Below, piece after piece: positions 22,899-35,198 of a stretch of 64,000 nt of DNA. The translations under genes and the position numbers were made by a program. Every line of letters begins with the position of its first letter. Within the stretch, counting starts at the first letter, position 1. Source of the DNA: Microthyrium microscopicum (lineage: Eukaryota); the NCBI GenBank assembly GCA_010405405.1, contig MU004236.1:632576-696575 (forward strand), in the 5' to 3' direction. The notes under the pieces were generated by a model that worked only from the letters and a program-made list of their open reading frames with translations, was not told the origin of the DNA and searched no databases.

Positions 22899-24503
22899 TC
22901 AAACGATAGCACCATTCACGCAACTTGTACCAGCTGCAACTGAACCCATATCCACCCAGCCACCGTGATCACATAACATGAAACTGTTCCCATTGTTTCG
23001 GCAGCCAATACTTCCATCAGGCGAACAGCCCCCGAACGGTCTTGCGGCGGCATACAAATCATAGCGATGGTAGCCCGCTGGAGCTGCGGGCTGCTGGCCC
23101 AAACTATCAGATGTTGGTTCGAGATTAGGCAAGCACTCCATGCCTGCTGCGATAGGTCTTGGATAGAGCCAGGTCCATCCGTAGTTGGTCTGGTCACAGG
23201 TATAGAACACAGAAGCTGACGTGCATAAGAAAGAGCCTGGGTCGCAGGGTAAGTATTCGCCCAGATTCTCTGGATCTGCATACGGGATCTCAGGAGGCGG
23301 AGGAGGTAGAGAGGACGATGAAGGCGAAGAAGAAATCTGTGATACACTAGATGATTGTGGGGGATTGTATGAGATGCTGGATCCTTGTGGTGAAGTCATT
23401 GAGCTTCCTGGTCCCATTGTACTATCCGCTGTCGTTGAGATGCTTGGACCCATTGGGCCATCGCAACCACTTGTGACAGTTGCAAGTGTGGAAGGATGGC
23501 AAGATGGACAGACATAGCCTGTTGCTGTTGACGTCAGGGTTACTGTAGTCGTACCGCTGCTCTGTGCTGTACTACATGGAACATCTGTGAATGATATGGC
23601 GTAGCTGGGCATTGCTGAAGTTGGGTAGGTCATGGCGCTTGAGGATGGCATGATGCTGGGGTTGGGCAATGACATGATCATGGCGCTGGACGATGACATG
23701 ATCATGGATGAAGAAGGATCGCCAGCTCCTTCTGCCATCACAAGCCCATTCTGTCTTTGGCTGGAATCACCACTGCTTGAGCTACTGTTGCTTGAACCAT
23801 AGCCAGCTAGGCCTGGAAGCGGAACCTCGCAACTAGGATCATATGTTGGTGAGCTAGCGCTCAATCCACCACCATATTCAACAGATGGGCCAGGGTCCGG
23901 GAAGACAGGGTCGTATGTCTCGTTAGTTGCACAGTGGTTAACGCTTATTTGGTTAGCTACCCATATCCCGGGGAGCTTGGAGTTGAAGTCTGCGTCATCT
24001 GTGGTTGAGCTCGAGATTGTTACAGCGGCGCAATTCATGTAGAACTCTCTATTTCCATTATGATTCATCCAGGTCCATGCTAGTATGGCTGGACCAGATG
24101 GAACATAGTCTGGTATTGTGTAGTCCAGATCAATGGGTCCTGGCCCACTCGGACAGCCACCAATAAACGATTTGATCACTCTAAAAACTTGATGATCTTG
24201 ATCGATGGACAGGGAGATCTGACATGATCCACCGTTGTGAAACGCTGAATCCACTAATGTGATGTTGTAAGGATCAGTGTCTCCAGCCTGTAGAGTTGTG
24301 GAGGACGGCCAATTCTGCTTTTGATAGCCTTTGCAGGGGAATTGGGAGCCATCGGCAGCGAGAGGTGCCATCAAATTATAATCGGGATTGGTCGCTGCAG
24401 GATTAAGTTTGCTATCCATGGGAATAGGCCAGGACATTTCCATGTGGCACGAAGCCAATGACGCCAGTAAGGAAAGAATTGAAATTGTTTGTGTAAACGA
24501 CAT
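22899..24503 (-). CDS. AA11-family lytic polysaccharide monooxygenase with S/T-rich linker and C-terminal Cys-rich putative carbohydrate-binding modules
   Basis: Signal peptide followed by His1 (HMEMSWP); FPCKGY, HNGGSCQISLS, WTWMN..GNREFYMNCA; C-terminal C..G...C and AAG..C modules. Confidence 0.88.
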   Translation of the reverse strand: MSFTQTISILSLLASLASCHMEMSWPIPMDSKLNPAATNPDYNLMAPLAADGSQFPCKGYQKQNWPSSTTLQAGDTDPYNITLVDSAFHNGGSCQISLSIDQDHQVFRVIKSFIGGCPSGPGPIDLDYTIPDYVPSGPAILAWTWMNHNGNREFYMNCAAVTISSSTTDDADFNSKLPGIWVANQISVNHCATNETYDPVFPDPGPSVEYGGGLSASSPTYDPSCEVPLPGLAGYGSSNSSSSSGDSSQRQNGLVMAEGAGDPSSSMIMSSSSAMIMSLPNPSIMPSSSAMTYPTSAMPSYAISFTDVPCSTAQSSGTTTVTLTSTATGYVCPSCHPSTLATVTSGCDGPMGPSISTTADSTMGPGSSMTSPQGSSISYNPPQSSSVSQISSSPSSSSLPPPPPEIPYADPENLGEYLPCDPGSFLCTSASVFYTCDQTNYGWTWLYPRPIAAGMECLPNLEPTSDSLGQQPAAPAGYHRYDLYAAARPFGGCSPDGSIGCRNNGNSFMLCDHGGWVDMGSVAAGTSCVNGAIV

Positions 24504-25331
24504 AGTGAGAGGAGTGATGAGCATCATCAAAACGAAGGGCTTGTCTACATGGTCAGAACAGGGTAGGCTGAGGAGACATATTAAATCTATGGCTGATGAT
24601 CTCTATCAGTAAGGGATTCCATAACCACGCGGTAGCTACGCGATGTTGCGAAGAATGCTGGCTGGGTCCAGGCGCGCGTAGCCATCTCGACTGTAGTAGG
24701 CATTCCTAATCCGAATTTGGCTCAGCAAGCTATGCTAGGTTCTCCAAATTGAAGAGGTTGGACAGCACTGATCTATACTTATGATGGCCGCTAGCCAAAA
24801 TCCATAACTATGTTATATCAGGTCTCCATCTCATGGGAGGCTGAGCTTGCCTAAAGAATCTCGGACGAGTAAATGCCTCTGGGGAGAAAATCAGAAGCGC
24901 GCTCCTCTAGACTGGACTTCCAGCAAGATACACTATTTATCACCATCGAGAGGCTGGGCATGCCGTGTTGCTGGATAAATCCAGCTAAATAGTGGCATAA
25001 CGGTTGAATACGAAGTAGTATGCGGGGGTATGACAAATGAAAAAGATGGCGGAGCGCATTCCAATCTAGCTAACCGGAGAGGCTGAGTACTTTAGAAGAT
25101 GGCGAATAATCAAGACAAAGAACTGAGAACAATGGTTGAAGTTGGAAGGGAAGGAGTTGAAAGTGAAAAGGGGTAGCACTGGAGATAGTGATACGGTGCT
25201 CGGTAAAGCCGAAAGATCAAGATAAGATTGACGTCGTCGTACTTCGTAAGTGTGCCAACTTTTTTCTAACAACAATCCCGCCGAGCTCAACTCTCCGTGA
25301 CTGAACAATTGCCAACTATGTTAGCAGGACA

Positions 25332-26442
25332 ATGTCCAGAACTTCTTCCTCGGTCAAGCCTCCAGGGCCTCGGAAGGTAACGACATCTACTGCTATACAC
25401 TACCCCTTCTGGTTCGGAGGCTCTGCATCATCCCTGGCCGCGTGCGTCACACATCCGCTGGATTTAGGTACGATTCGATCAATCCATGCTTCGCTCATGG
25501 CCCTCTTCATCATATCCATTGCATCTACTAACCTGTTACAGTGAAGGTAAGGCCCAATGGACAACCTCACGCCCTTCAGACTTTGCGCTAACGGTTATGC
25601 AAGGTACGGTTACAAACACAACACAATGGCGGACCAAAACGGAACATGGTGCAGATGTTTGGGCATGTTGTCAAGTCCAATGGGTTTTTAGGTTTATACA
25701 AAGGGGTAACTACCAAAACAAAACTCTCGAGACACTTTCGCTAATCCATTTCTAGCTCTCAGCATCACTACTGCGACAACTTACCTATTCAACCACCCGA
25801 TTTGGTATATACGCACATCTCAAAACCTCAATATCCGATCGTCGCAGTCAACCGAGCTTCCCACAACTCATCGCCATCTCTTCGGCTTCTGGTTTCATCG
25901 GTGGAATCGCTGGAAACCCTGCGGATGTATTGAACGTACGCATGCAACATGATGCAGCTTTGCCCGCCGCTGAGCGACGAAATTATAAAAATGCAATAGA
26001 TGGTCTTATCCGGATGGCCCGCGAAGAAGGCCTAGCATCATTATGGCGTGGCGTCTGGCCAAACAGTATGCGTGCAGCCTTAATGACTGCGTCACAACTC
26101 GCGTCTTATGATATATTCAAAGACCTGATCCTCCGTTACACATCGTTGCCAGACAATACCATCACGCATTTCTCTGCTTCTTTGATGGCCGGATTTGTCG
26201 CAACGACAGTCTGCTCCCCTGTTGATGTCATCAAAACTCGGATCATGAGTGCGTCCGAGAACAAAAGCCTGGCAAAACTACTCTCAGATACATATCGAAA
26301 TGAAGGACCCGGCTGGATGTTCCGAGGCTGGGTACCAAGCTTCATACGACTAGGACCACACACTATCGCGACATTTCTTTTCCTCGAGCAACATCAAAAA
26401 GTCTACCGATATTTGAAAGGAATTAACACTTTGGACACTTGA
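25332..26442 (+). CDS. DIC1: Mitochondrial dicarboxylate carrier
   Basis: IHYPFWFGGSASSLAACVTHPLDL|VK|VRLQ, LLRQLTYSTTRFG, NPADVLNVRMQ, SPVDVIKTRIM, PSFIRLGPHT. Includes a 5-nt micro-exon at 25542-25546. Confidence 0.93.
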
Positions 26443-26776
26443 GAGCGATTTTGCATCATACAGACGCCCGCCTAGATTACCAATGATACCCACCCAAAGT
26501 ACGAATAATGGTTTGCCAATGCACTGCTGAGGCAACTACTGCGCATATTCGCCGTTTGTACATTACCAAACTAACCTAGACAAATTAGACTATTTATTTC
26601 CTGTATCCTTCGTGTGCCGGCCATGTTAGCATTTAGATTGCAGTATGCTGCAGATAACAGTATATCTGGAAGCAGGAGTTCGAAATGCGATCAACATAGG
26701 ATTTCTATTCCGACTTCACGGATTGTTATCTGTAACAAGACGCCACCATACATTCTTGGATGGTCGAACTTTTTGA

Positions 26777-27576
26777 TCAATCGCGAAAGCAGATTCTATC
26801 CGCGCACTGGTCCTCCTCGTTCTGGCAGCTACCAGTGACTAAATCCCCTTTCTCTTCTCCTTTGCTTTCCTTGATCTGCACGAAAATCTCCAAGAAATCA
26901 GACGAGTCCTGCGCGCCGTCGACAACGTTCGTTCCGTTGACGATGAAATACGGGACCCCTTTGCTCACCACCTTGCGATTGCGTTCTGCCTCCGCGTCCA
27001 CCTCTTGCGCCGCCAGCCCAGACCCAAGCCACTCGATTACCTCTTGCTTGTCGAGACCGGCACGAACGGCGATATCCCGAAGTGTGCCACGGTCCGCGAT
27101 GTCCTCTTCGCGTTCGTGGTATGCCTCGAAGATCTTCTCAACGAGCGAATTTTGCAGCTCGGACGATTTCGTGGACTGGCACAGATGAATAAGGCGATGC
27201 GCTTCGCTAGTATGTCCAATCTTTCCTCCCCACTTGAAGTCGATTCCGACCGAAGCTCCGATGCGATGCATGCGGGCCTTGAGCTTCTCTTGCTCCTCGG
27301 TGCTCATGTTGGCCAATTTGACTTTTGTTAGTTCGCGCTTCTCGACGCTTGCTCCAGTGTTGTAGTTGAGATAGTATGGCCGCCAATTGATTGCAAAAGT
27401 GTCGTTCTTGCCTCCTGGGTACGTCTTTTGATACAAGGTAATGGCTTGTTCGAGCCTTTTCTTGCCCACGTAGCACCACTAGAAAAATTCTTAGCATTGC
27501 ACTTCCTCAAACTTTTTCTGACTGCACATACCACACAGGGGATGTCAGAGATGATGTCGATTGCGAAAACCGTCAT
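26777..27576 (-). CDS. DsbA/FrnE-like thioredoxin-fold oxidoreductase
   Basis: Two exons (intron 27479-27531) give IDIISDIPCV|WCYVGKKRL (CxxC), NWRPYYLN, AHRLI, GVPYFIVNG..VDGAQ. Confidence 0.9.
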
Positions 27577-27937
27577 TGTGAATAAATTGGTCTCAAACAA
27601 AAGATATCTTTCTGATGAGCATAGAAAGACGCCAAAAGCAGGCAAATTTGTCCCGACCAAAAGTTGGTGCCTAAACCTATCTTACTTGAGTTGCGGAAAT
27701 TGCGGAGCGTAGCTAAGTCACGTATGCGGCAAAGTAGCGGAAATGGTAGTATATTATCCAACTTTCCGCAATTCTGTTCCGCGTATGACATTGACGACGC
27801 GCAAGATTTGAAGCACTTTTTAATCAACCAAAAAGACCGGAAAATTGTTTGACGTCTATGCCATTGAAAACTTCAGGTGCTAGCCTTGCTACTCACACTG
27901 TTCAGCTCTCGAATAAGAGACCATCCATCATAAATAA

Positions 27938-29300
27938 CTAAAGACAACCGCCACCTTTATGAAACCATCCCCGGGCTTCATCGACTCCTATACACGAGGT
28001 GATAAGAGCCTTTCCGAACGCATCAATATCGTCAGGTGTTGCATAGTTGAGGACTTCCGTATAGTCTAAGTTCTTCACAATGAAATGTTTTCTGTCATTC
28101 CAGGCGCAAGTGAAGTCAAATACTGACGTAGCTTGCCAGAGGTAGGCCGACGCGGTCCATATGGTTTTGAGAGCCGGCTGTATATCACAGTACCGCTGTT
28201 TGCCCCATAACAAGTGGTACATTGACAGAAAATAGAATGAGATGAGATATGTGCGTCTTGCTGATTCGCGGAACAGCCAAGATGACCAGAATGCCTTTGC
28301 GTGATCTGTTGGGTATATCTGCAAAGATGGTGTGAGGCAATCATCATCATCTTCAGATATCAGTGACTGCAAAGAGTGAGCGTAGGATTCGAGATGATGC
28401 ATGTCTTGTTCCGCATGAGCTCGAGCGGGAATCTTGGAGGGAGCGGTCAGTGAGCACAATATCGGTCGACTATATAGACTTACATCCCCGTCGAACAACC
28501 GCATACTTTGATATAGGATAAGAGATTGCGTTCGCGACAGAGTTTCGAGTGCGGACGCCGGCACCGGACTAGCAAGTAGCTCTGCGACACGCAGCTCCAT
28601 GTGACGAAATACAAATCTAGAATTCGTCTCGTTTCTTACTTGGTACAGCGCACATGTCCCTAGTGCGTCTAGACGGTATGCTTTTAGCATGTAAAATCTG
28701 CTTGAATGGAGACTATGCCGAACCTTGCATTGACTTTGGCATTGTTTCTTCGTATAGCATAGCATGCGACCAAGCAGTTTGATTCGTATTCACCATTTCT
28801 GCAGGCGCTCTTTTCAGTTCCCTGATCCCAAGCTCTATACGAGAAGCGATGGACGATGAAAATGAATTGACTCTATGAACAGAATCATGGAGTGTAGGTA
28901 GTAGTGGCCCGACAACCATTGGAGAAGGATTGCGTTCGTAATACAGAGGATCAGCATCCAAATCAAATAGATTATCTATCCCAGCGGACGGATCGATCGC
29001 TCCGATCTGCATGGTTCCATTAGGAGTAAAGTCAAGCAAGTCAAATGTGGAATCTTGGGTCGTAGTAGATTCCCTGTATTCCTCGCTGTTTAATGTGGTA
29101 AGAAAATTTCTTCCCACAGTGGATCTTTCTGTATCCAGGACTGGAGCGGGAATGAAATGGCAGTCCAGTTTTTGCTTGTTGCAACGCACGCAAGTACCAG
29201 TGCTTCGTTCGCAGCGCCGTTTTGCTTTGATGCATTCAATGCAAGACTTTCTGGATTGGGGGCGCCGCTTTTGGGAACTCCCTCTCTGGGAACTCGACAT
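27938..29300 (-). CDS. Zn(II)2Cys6 transcription factor
   Basis: SRKSCIECIKAKRRCERSTGTCVRCNKQKLDC binuclear cluster. C-terminal region with TQSLILYQSMRLFDGD, FWSSWLFRESARRT, WTASAYLWQA; two introns. Confidence 0.92.
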
Positions 29301-30014
29301 TGCGGACAGCGCTCTAGCGGGCGGCGAAAGCGTACCGACTTATCAAGTGCCCTTGAGGTGATGTTGACGTGCTTGCGACGTCAGTTGAGGTTGGAAGATG
29401 ATACGAATTGCGGAAACTGCGGAAACTGCGGAGCACGAAGTTGGCTAAACGCTAGCCAGATGTGGTAATATATTATGATCGTTAGTTCCTCACCCACCCC
29501 TGAATGCTTCCTAGCCGTAGACCCCCCTGAATTACCTATTCTTTCCTTTTCAAGTCCGATCCACCTACACATGTAGGATCTATTAAAATTAGACGCGCAG
29601 CCTTTGGCCTAGAAAATTGAATCTAACAGTCTTTCCAAATTTCTAATGACTTTCCTGCATATAAGTTAGATAATTGTTAGGCAAAGTAAAGAGACCAAAT
29701 CGTGTGAAGGACAGTGATGATCGGCTTAACAGGATTCTACTCAGCTTTATTAACAGCAGAGCTTTAAGAGATATGATTCAAAGGTAACGACTAAATGAGT
29801 GTTAAACAAGATATTGGAGTGAGCAGGGAATATTTAGCGCGGCGCGAGGAATAACGATCATATATCGTCTAAATTTCCGCAAATATGCGGAGCAAGTACC
29901 TACTAAGTAGGGTAGGTATATAAGAGTAGCAGTCTTGCTGAGTTATTGATTCTACATCAATCAGTTCCACGTTTTCAGTCAGTCGTCCACATCATCACAC
30001 ATGAAACCAAAGCA

Positions 30015-31028
30015 ATGGCATCGAGGAAGGCTCTCGTAATCCGTGCGACTGGAACGCAAGGAACAGCAGTCACTCGTCATCTACTCCAGAACAACTTCAT
30101 TATCCATGCGTTGGTGCGTGACAAAACAGAGGACCGAGCACTCGCCCTTCAAGCTCTGGGTGCTATTCTTTTCGAAGGCACACTCAATGACTCTCAATCA
30201 ATGATGCAAACCCTGTCTCTTGAGGAGTCCACGTCTCAAATCGCTGCACTTCAGGCTGAGAAAAGCACAATTGGCAACACTGGAGCCTTGGAAGCTGCCA
30301 TCGAAGGCTGCGACAGCTTATATCTCAACCTGATGCCGTCATTCAGCAACGACTCTGAAACCGAATCAGCAAAATTTGTGCTTGCTGCCGCCAAATCGAC
30401 AGGAGTTGAACACGTCATTTACTCCTCTGCCGTCTCTGTGGGTCGTTCGCGCGACAATCCGCAATGGGACGAGGACAACATTGCAGCTGGGGCACACGCT
30501 GGGAAAGAAGTTGTGGAAGAGCTTGTTCGGTCTGCTGGTATACCATATTACACAATCTTGAAACCGGGGGTCTTCATGACCAATTTCTTCCTGCCAGGTG
30601 CGCCTTTCATGTTCGCTGAGCTTGGCAGCACAGGCGAGTTCGTAACTTCTTACAATCCAGAAACCGTCCTTCCTCTTATTGATCCGAACGACATTGGCGC
30701 TTTTGCTGCGGCTGCATTTTTGGACCCAGTCAGATTTGGTGGACAAGAGATACCGCTCGCTGGAGATCCATTGACAGTTGAAGAATTGGTGCAGGCCATT
30801 GCCAATGCTTCTGGGAAGAATATCAAGGGGGTTTATCGTTCCAAAGAGGAAACCGAAGCGCTCGCCAAAGTGAATCCATTCGTAGCTGGGCAGATCTTAT
30901 CTTTGGCAATAAACCGGTTAGTCAATATCGAGGAAGTCAAAACCTGGGGTATACCATTAGGTTCATTTGAAGCATTTATGAAGAGAGAAAAGAACTTAGT
31001 GGACAAAAGCTTTGAGGCTTTGAGTTAG
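30015..31028 (+). CDS. NmrA-like NAD(P)-binding atypical SDR
   Basis: ALVIRATGTQGTAV, GVEHVIYSS, YTILKPGVFMTNF, LIDPNDIGAFAAAAFLDP; TATATAA at 29917. Confidence 0.92.
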   Translation: MASRKALVIRATGTQGTAVTRHLLQNNFIIHALVRDKTEDRALALQALGAILFEGTLNDSQSMMQTLSLEESTSQIAALQAEKSTIGNTGALEAAIEGCDSLYLNLMPSFSNDSETESAKFVLAAAKSTGVEHVIYSSAVSVGRSRDNPQWDEDNIAAGAHAGKEVVEELVRSAGIPYYTILKPGVFMTNFFLPGAPFMFAELGSTGEFVTSYNPETVLPLIDPNDIGAFAAAAFLDPVRFGGQEIPLAGDPLTVEELVQAIANASGKNIKGVYRSKEETEALAKVNPFVAGQILSLAINRLVNIEEVKTWGIPLGSFEAFMKREKNLVDKSFEALS

Positions 31029-33599
31029 AATATACTTAGAATGGAATGTACAATGTTTCATAAGCTACAGTGCCCAAGTCACTTGCCATATTGTGTGAGG
31101 ATCGAACGGCCACGTAATCGAGCAAATAATTGATAGCAGTAAATGATCTAGTATACGAAATCGAAGGAAGGAGGACTGGAGGAGGAAGAGCAGAGTCGAC
31201 GCTGCTTGATAAAGGGGTCATGCTCGATAAATCCTCGCAGACGCCAGCCTCAATCTGGACTAGCTTTACTAGATCTTGTGCCACGGTGCTGGTTCAACAC
31301 CAAAGCCATCATGGCTTCGAAAAAGTTCTTACAGACTCTGCTAGGTAGTACGCCAAGAGTATGATTGACCAGAAAATAGCAAGGAAACGAAAAGAAAACA
31401 TGTCGGCCCCTACATGCCTAGAGTGAGCCATGGGCGGAAATACTACACTTCTTCCATCAGCAGCAAAGCTCCAGTTGACAGGCGAATGATCGACAACAAG
31501 CCTAATGCCTGGACTCTTGCGCACTCAATCTGATCTCCTGTCGGTCCTCTCTACCGGGCCCTACGATGTGTCGGAAGAGCGTCCGAGCCGTGCGTAGGAC
31601 CTCTGACTGGCCACCTGGGAGAACCCCGCTCGGAATCGATAGTAAATAGCTTCTCCTCAGGTGTTTTACTACTTCACAGTTTGCCAGGAATCCCTCTGCT
31701 GGTATGGTCCTATTCACTTGAGACTGCAATAAACTAGTTCGAGGCCATCGAGTCCTATGAATGGGCACAATATCGGGACACCGCAAATCAGAGGTACGCA
31801 AGTTTTCACTCGAGGTCTGGTGACACTTCGAATGCCTTGCTGCGACGCGTCAAAACACATAACAGGTATAAGGCCCCTATTAAGATAATTGGAGCTAGGT
31901 TCTTTGAAAAGCAAGAACTTGACAAGGAGCTTGGAAGCCATGCACCATGTCTTACTAAACCTAATCGCGGGGCCACCCGTGAAGTAGCTGAGGATCCTCC
32001 TAATGACATGCGTTAACGATGTTCAATTAGTAGTTGTAGGTTATACTGCTTATCCGCATGTGGCCCAAACTCGACCTTTCTCGCAACGAACACCGAAAAA
32101 GACCTTAAAGATCATCGTAAAACTGCAAGAGAACATTCATACCTGCACATGCAACAATCAGGTTCGGCGGAGACGAGAGGCTTGTAACTTCCAAATCATT
32201 AACTCAAGGTCAAAGAAACAAGTGGGCCTGTTGAAGCAAAGACTTGGGCTCGCTTGAAACTTTAAACAAGCTAACTGGATGTCAAAATAAGCATGTTTAT
32301 GCTTTGAAGCCCAGTCTTTTCGTTCTCAGCACTCACAATCCCTTGTCGCGTATAATACGAAGTCAGGTCCTACCAAAAGCTGAATGATAGCTTGAACCCT
32401 ACGAGCCATAACTACATCCTACCACCAATCTACGAAGGTTCGATCATATAGCAGGCTGGGAAGGTCTAACCGGATGGCTTTGCTTGCCTCACAGCGATGC
32501 AGCTGATGAGCGTGCTACGACCGTTACCCATGTTTCAGGGAAAGGCACATTTTGTAAGACTTTTACCTCTAATAGTATGATATTCTATGACTACTACTCT
32601 GAAGAGATGTGCTATACTTTAGCAGCCCTCCGCAGTGCGGAGATCCAATATCACGAAATTGGACAACCATGACTCGACAGCTTCAAATCAGATTCACCTT
32701 GCATTACAGGTACATGCTTAAGTTAGCTTGGCACTTCAGGTGGCTTAAATCACTTCAATTAGGAACTCAGACGGCACTGTTCTTCAAGAATGCCCAATGG
32801 CCATTCTAGCATGATAAATTGATCTTGATTCATAGACACCGTCAACCCTCATGGCGAGCCCATGATTTCCTGAGCACTAAGCGAGAAGGCAATTTCAAGA
32901 AAAGCTCAAGGCGGCCAGCTCGAAGTCATGATACAACGTCAACATGGAGACTGACAGTCAACAAGGTAAGTAAAAGCACAGTATGAATTCTTGTTGAAAA
33001 TTCATTTGAAGAAGAACACTTTGCGACATCAAAAATTTCAATGTCGCGACTAATATTCCCTTCCCCATCCAGGCTAGGAAAAGTAATGGTAACAAACTTG
33101 ATCAGAGCTGATGAACCTGCCACCCATGAGGAAGACATGGGCCCTTGTTCTTAGGAATAACAGGCCCTCCATGCCTCTGTAAAGGGGTCGAGCTTCTTCA
33201 GCCTTTCCCCATGAGCTTAACTATCTGTCAGTGAAATGGCCTGAAAAGGCCGTAGGCGAGAAAAAGCTATCTTCCATTGGCGAAGTCGACTACGAAACGA
33301 CCCGCACAGCTATAACTGACCGTGCATATCCCATATGCTCCGCATTTTTTCATGTCTTGTATTTAATATACTGTCCGGGCGTTCGTTCAGGCATAGACTT
33401 GCACCGGTTTTGTTCTACACTCGAAACGTTTTGCCTCGACTCCAAGCTTCCGCCCTTCATCCTTAAGCACGGCTAGCGCTCAGCCCTGTTCGCTGCTCTT
33501 CAGACCTGTTTTCAATTCTGGTCGGGAACCTCTTTCAACTTGCTAGGGTAATCCACCTCAAAGCTACCTTGGATACCTTCACCACTCGAGCAGACCGCC

Positions 33600-35198
33600 A
33601 TGCCGGGTGGAATTCATGCACCTGTTGAGGTCATACTAAGCTGGCCACAACGATCACAAAATCCCATTCGACGAGGATGGGCTATCACAGTAACAGCAAT
33701 CGTGCTCTGGGCAATCACAGTAACGGTAGTGTTCTTCAGAATCTGGGCTAGATTTATAATTCAGCGAAATAAAGGAATTGATGATTATGTTATCATTGTT
33801 GGACTTGTAAGTAGTAGTCACCGATCCAATTCGCAATACTTATAGGTATATCAGATTCCTCTCACGGGCATAGCCATCCTTGTGGCAGGTGGTAAGTTTT
33901 TCCTTAGTATTCCAATGACTGAACTAACTTTGAATAGCTGGCAGATGGTGGGGTTTTGATAAACACATCTGGGATTTAACACCACAAGAAGGTGTTGTGA
34001 CGAGACAAGTAAGATATCCAAATTCTGGAAGGATTATGGATTGACTCTTTTCAGGTCGCGTTCTCCTTGGAGGCTTTATACATTTTCTCAACCGCACTCA
34101 CAAAGATATCGATCTTACTATTCTATCGACGCATGGCCACCGGATCAATTTCGCCACTCTTCCGCTGGATAGTTCGAGGCTGCATTCTTTCAGTGATACT
34201 TTACGTGATAGCCTTCATTCTGGCACTGTTCCTAGGCTGCAAGCCGCTAAATGCCTTCTGGAACCAAGTCGATATCAGATGGCTTAGCACACATGTTGAC
34301 GGCAAGGATTATCACTGCTTTTCTGAGCCGAACGACCTTCTTTCGGCAACAGTCGTCAGCATTATCCAAGATTTCATTGCTTGTTTCACTCCTGTCATAT
34401 TATTCTGGAAACTCCAACTACCATTCCGACAAAAGCTTGCGCTAGCTGCTGTGTTTTTTGTTGGGTTTTTGTAAGTCACCGCTGCTATATGCAATCCTCA
34501 GAATTAACATGCCCTATAGTACGTGTATATGTGCAGTTATACGTATGACTTTAACGTGGGATATCTTCTTCAAAACTTACGATGTATCCTGGACTACTGG
34601 CCCTGCCTGGGTTTGGATGGCTCTTGAGGTCCACCTTGGAGTCATTTGCGCCTCCGTCCCGGCACTCAAGGTGTATTTTATGCGCTTCTTCAATGGAACC
34701 CTTCTCACAGGTGCAGTATCAAGTTGGAAGGGACACTATTCAAAGGACAAGAGGTCTCAACAGTCAACAGGCTCTACTGGATACCGGAATGACAACATTG
34801 AATCGAACACTTTCTTCTCAAAAAGCACAAAAGGTTCTGCAGCTCAGCATTCACAGCTCACAGGGACCAACATGTCAGGCTATGATCTTGAACTTGGAGG
34901 AATAGCGGTAACGCGAGAATGGGAAATTGCTTCGGTATATGATGAGACACCGAAAAAGGCTCACACACGAGAACCGAATCAAGACATTTCAGCACACCGG
35001 CTCTCCCCTCGACAGCTTTCACCGCGACTAATATCTCCCATCAATCCTAGATTTCATAATACACTCAATCGATCTGCTTCTGATGGGAGTCAACGACCAC
35101 TGAGGTATCACGAAGAGAGGCGGCGTATTGCCAACAACTACACGACAGAAACCGCCTGGTTCGAGGATAGCAGTGAAACTTCGGACCTGGGGAAGTGA
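33600..35198 (+). CDS. PTH11-like integral membrane receptor (rhodopsin domain, no CFEM)
   Basis: MPGGIHAPVEVILSWP, RIWAR..GIDD, GFDKHIWD, LTKISILLFYRR, CKPLNAFW, WMALEVHLGVICASVPALK; four introns. Confidence 0.9.

Noticed and set aside
29408..29433. Short direct repeats considered as CRISPR-like or satellite
   Set aside because: Eukaryotic context, 9-bp units with no spacers; better explained as Zn2Cys6 binding sites.
31036..33476. Scattered 60-100 aa ORFs in a long intergenic region
   Set aside because: No recognisable domains or transposon ends. A decayed pseudogene cannot be excluded without BLASTX.
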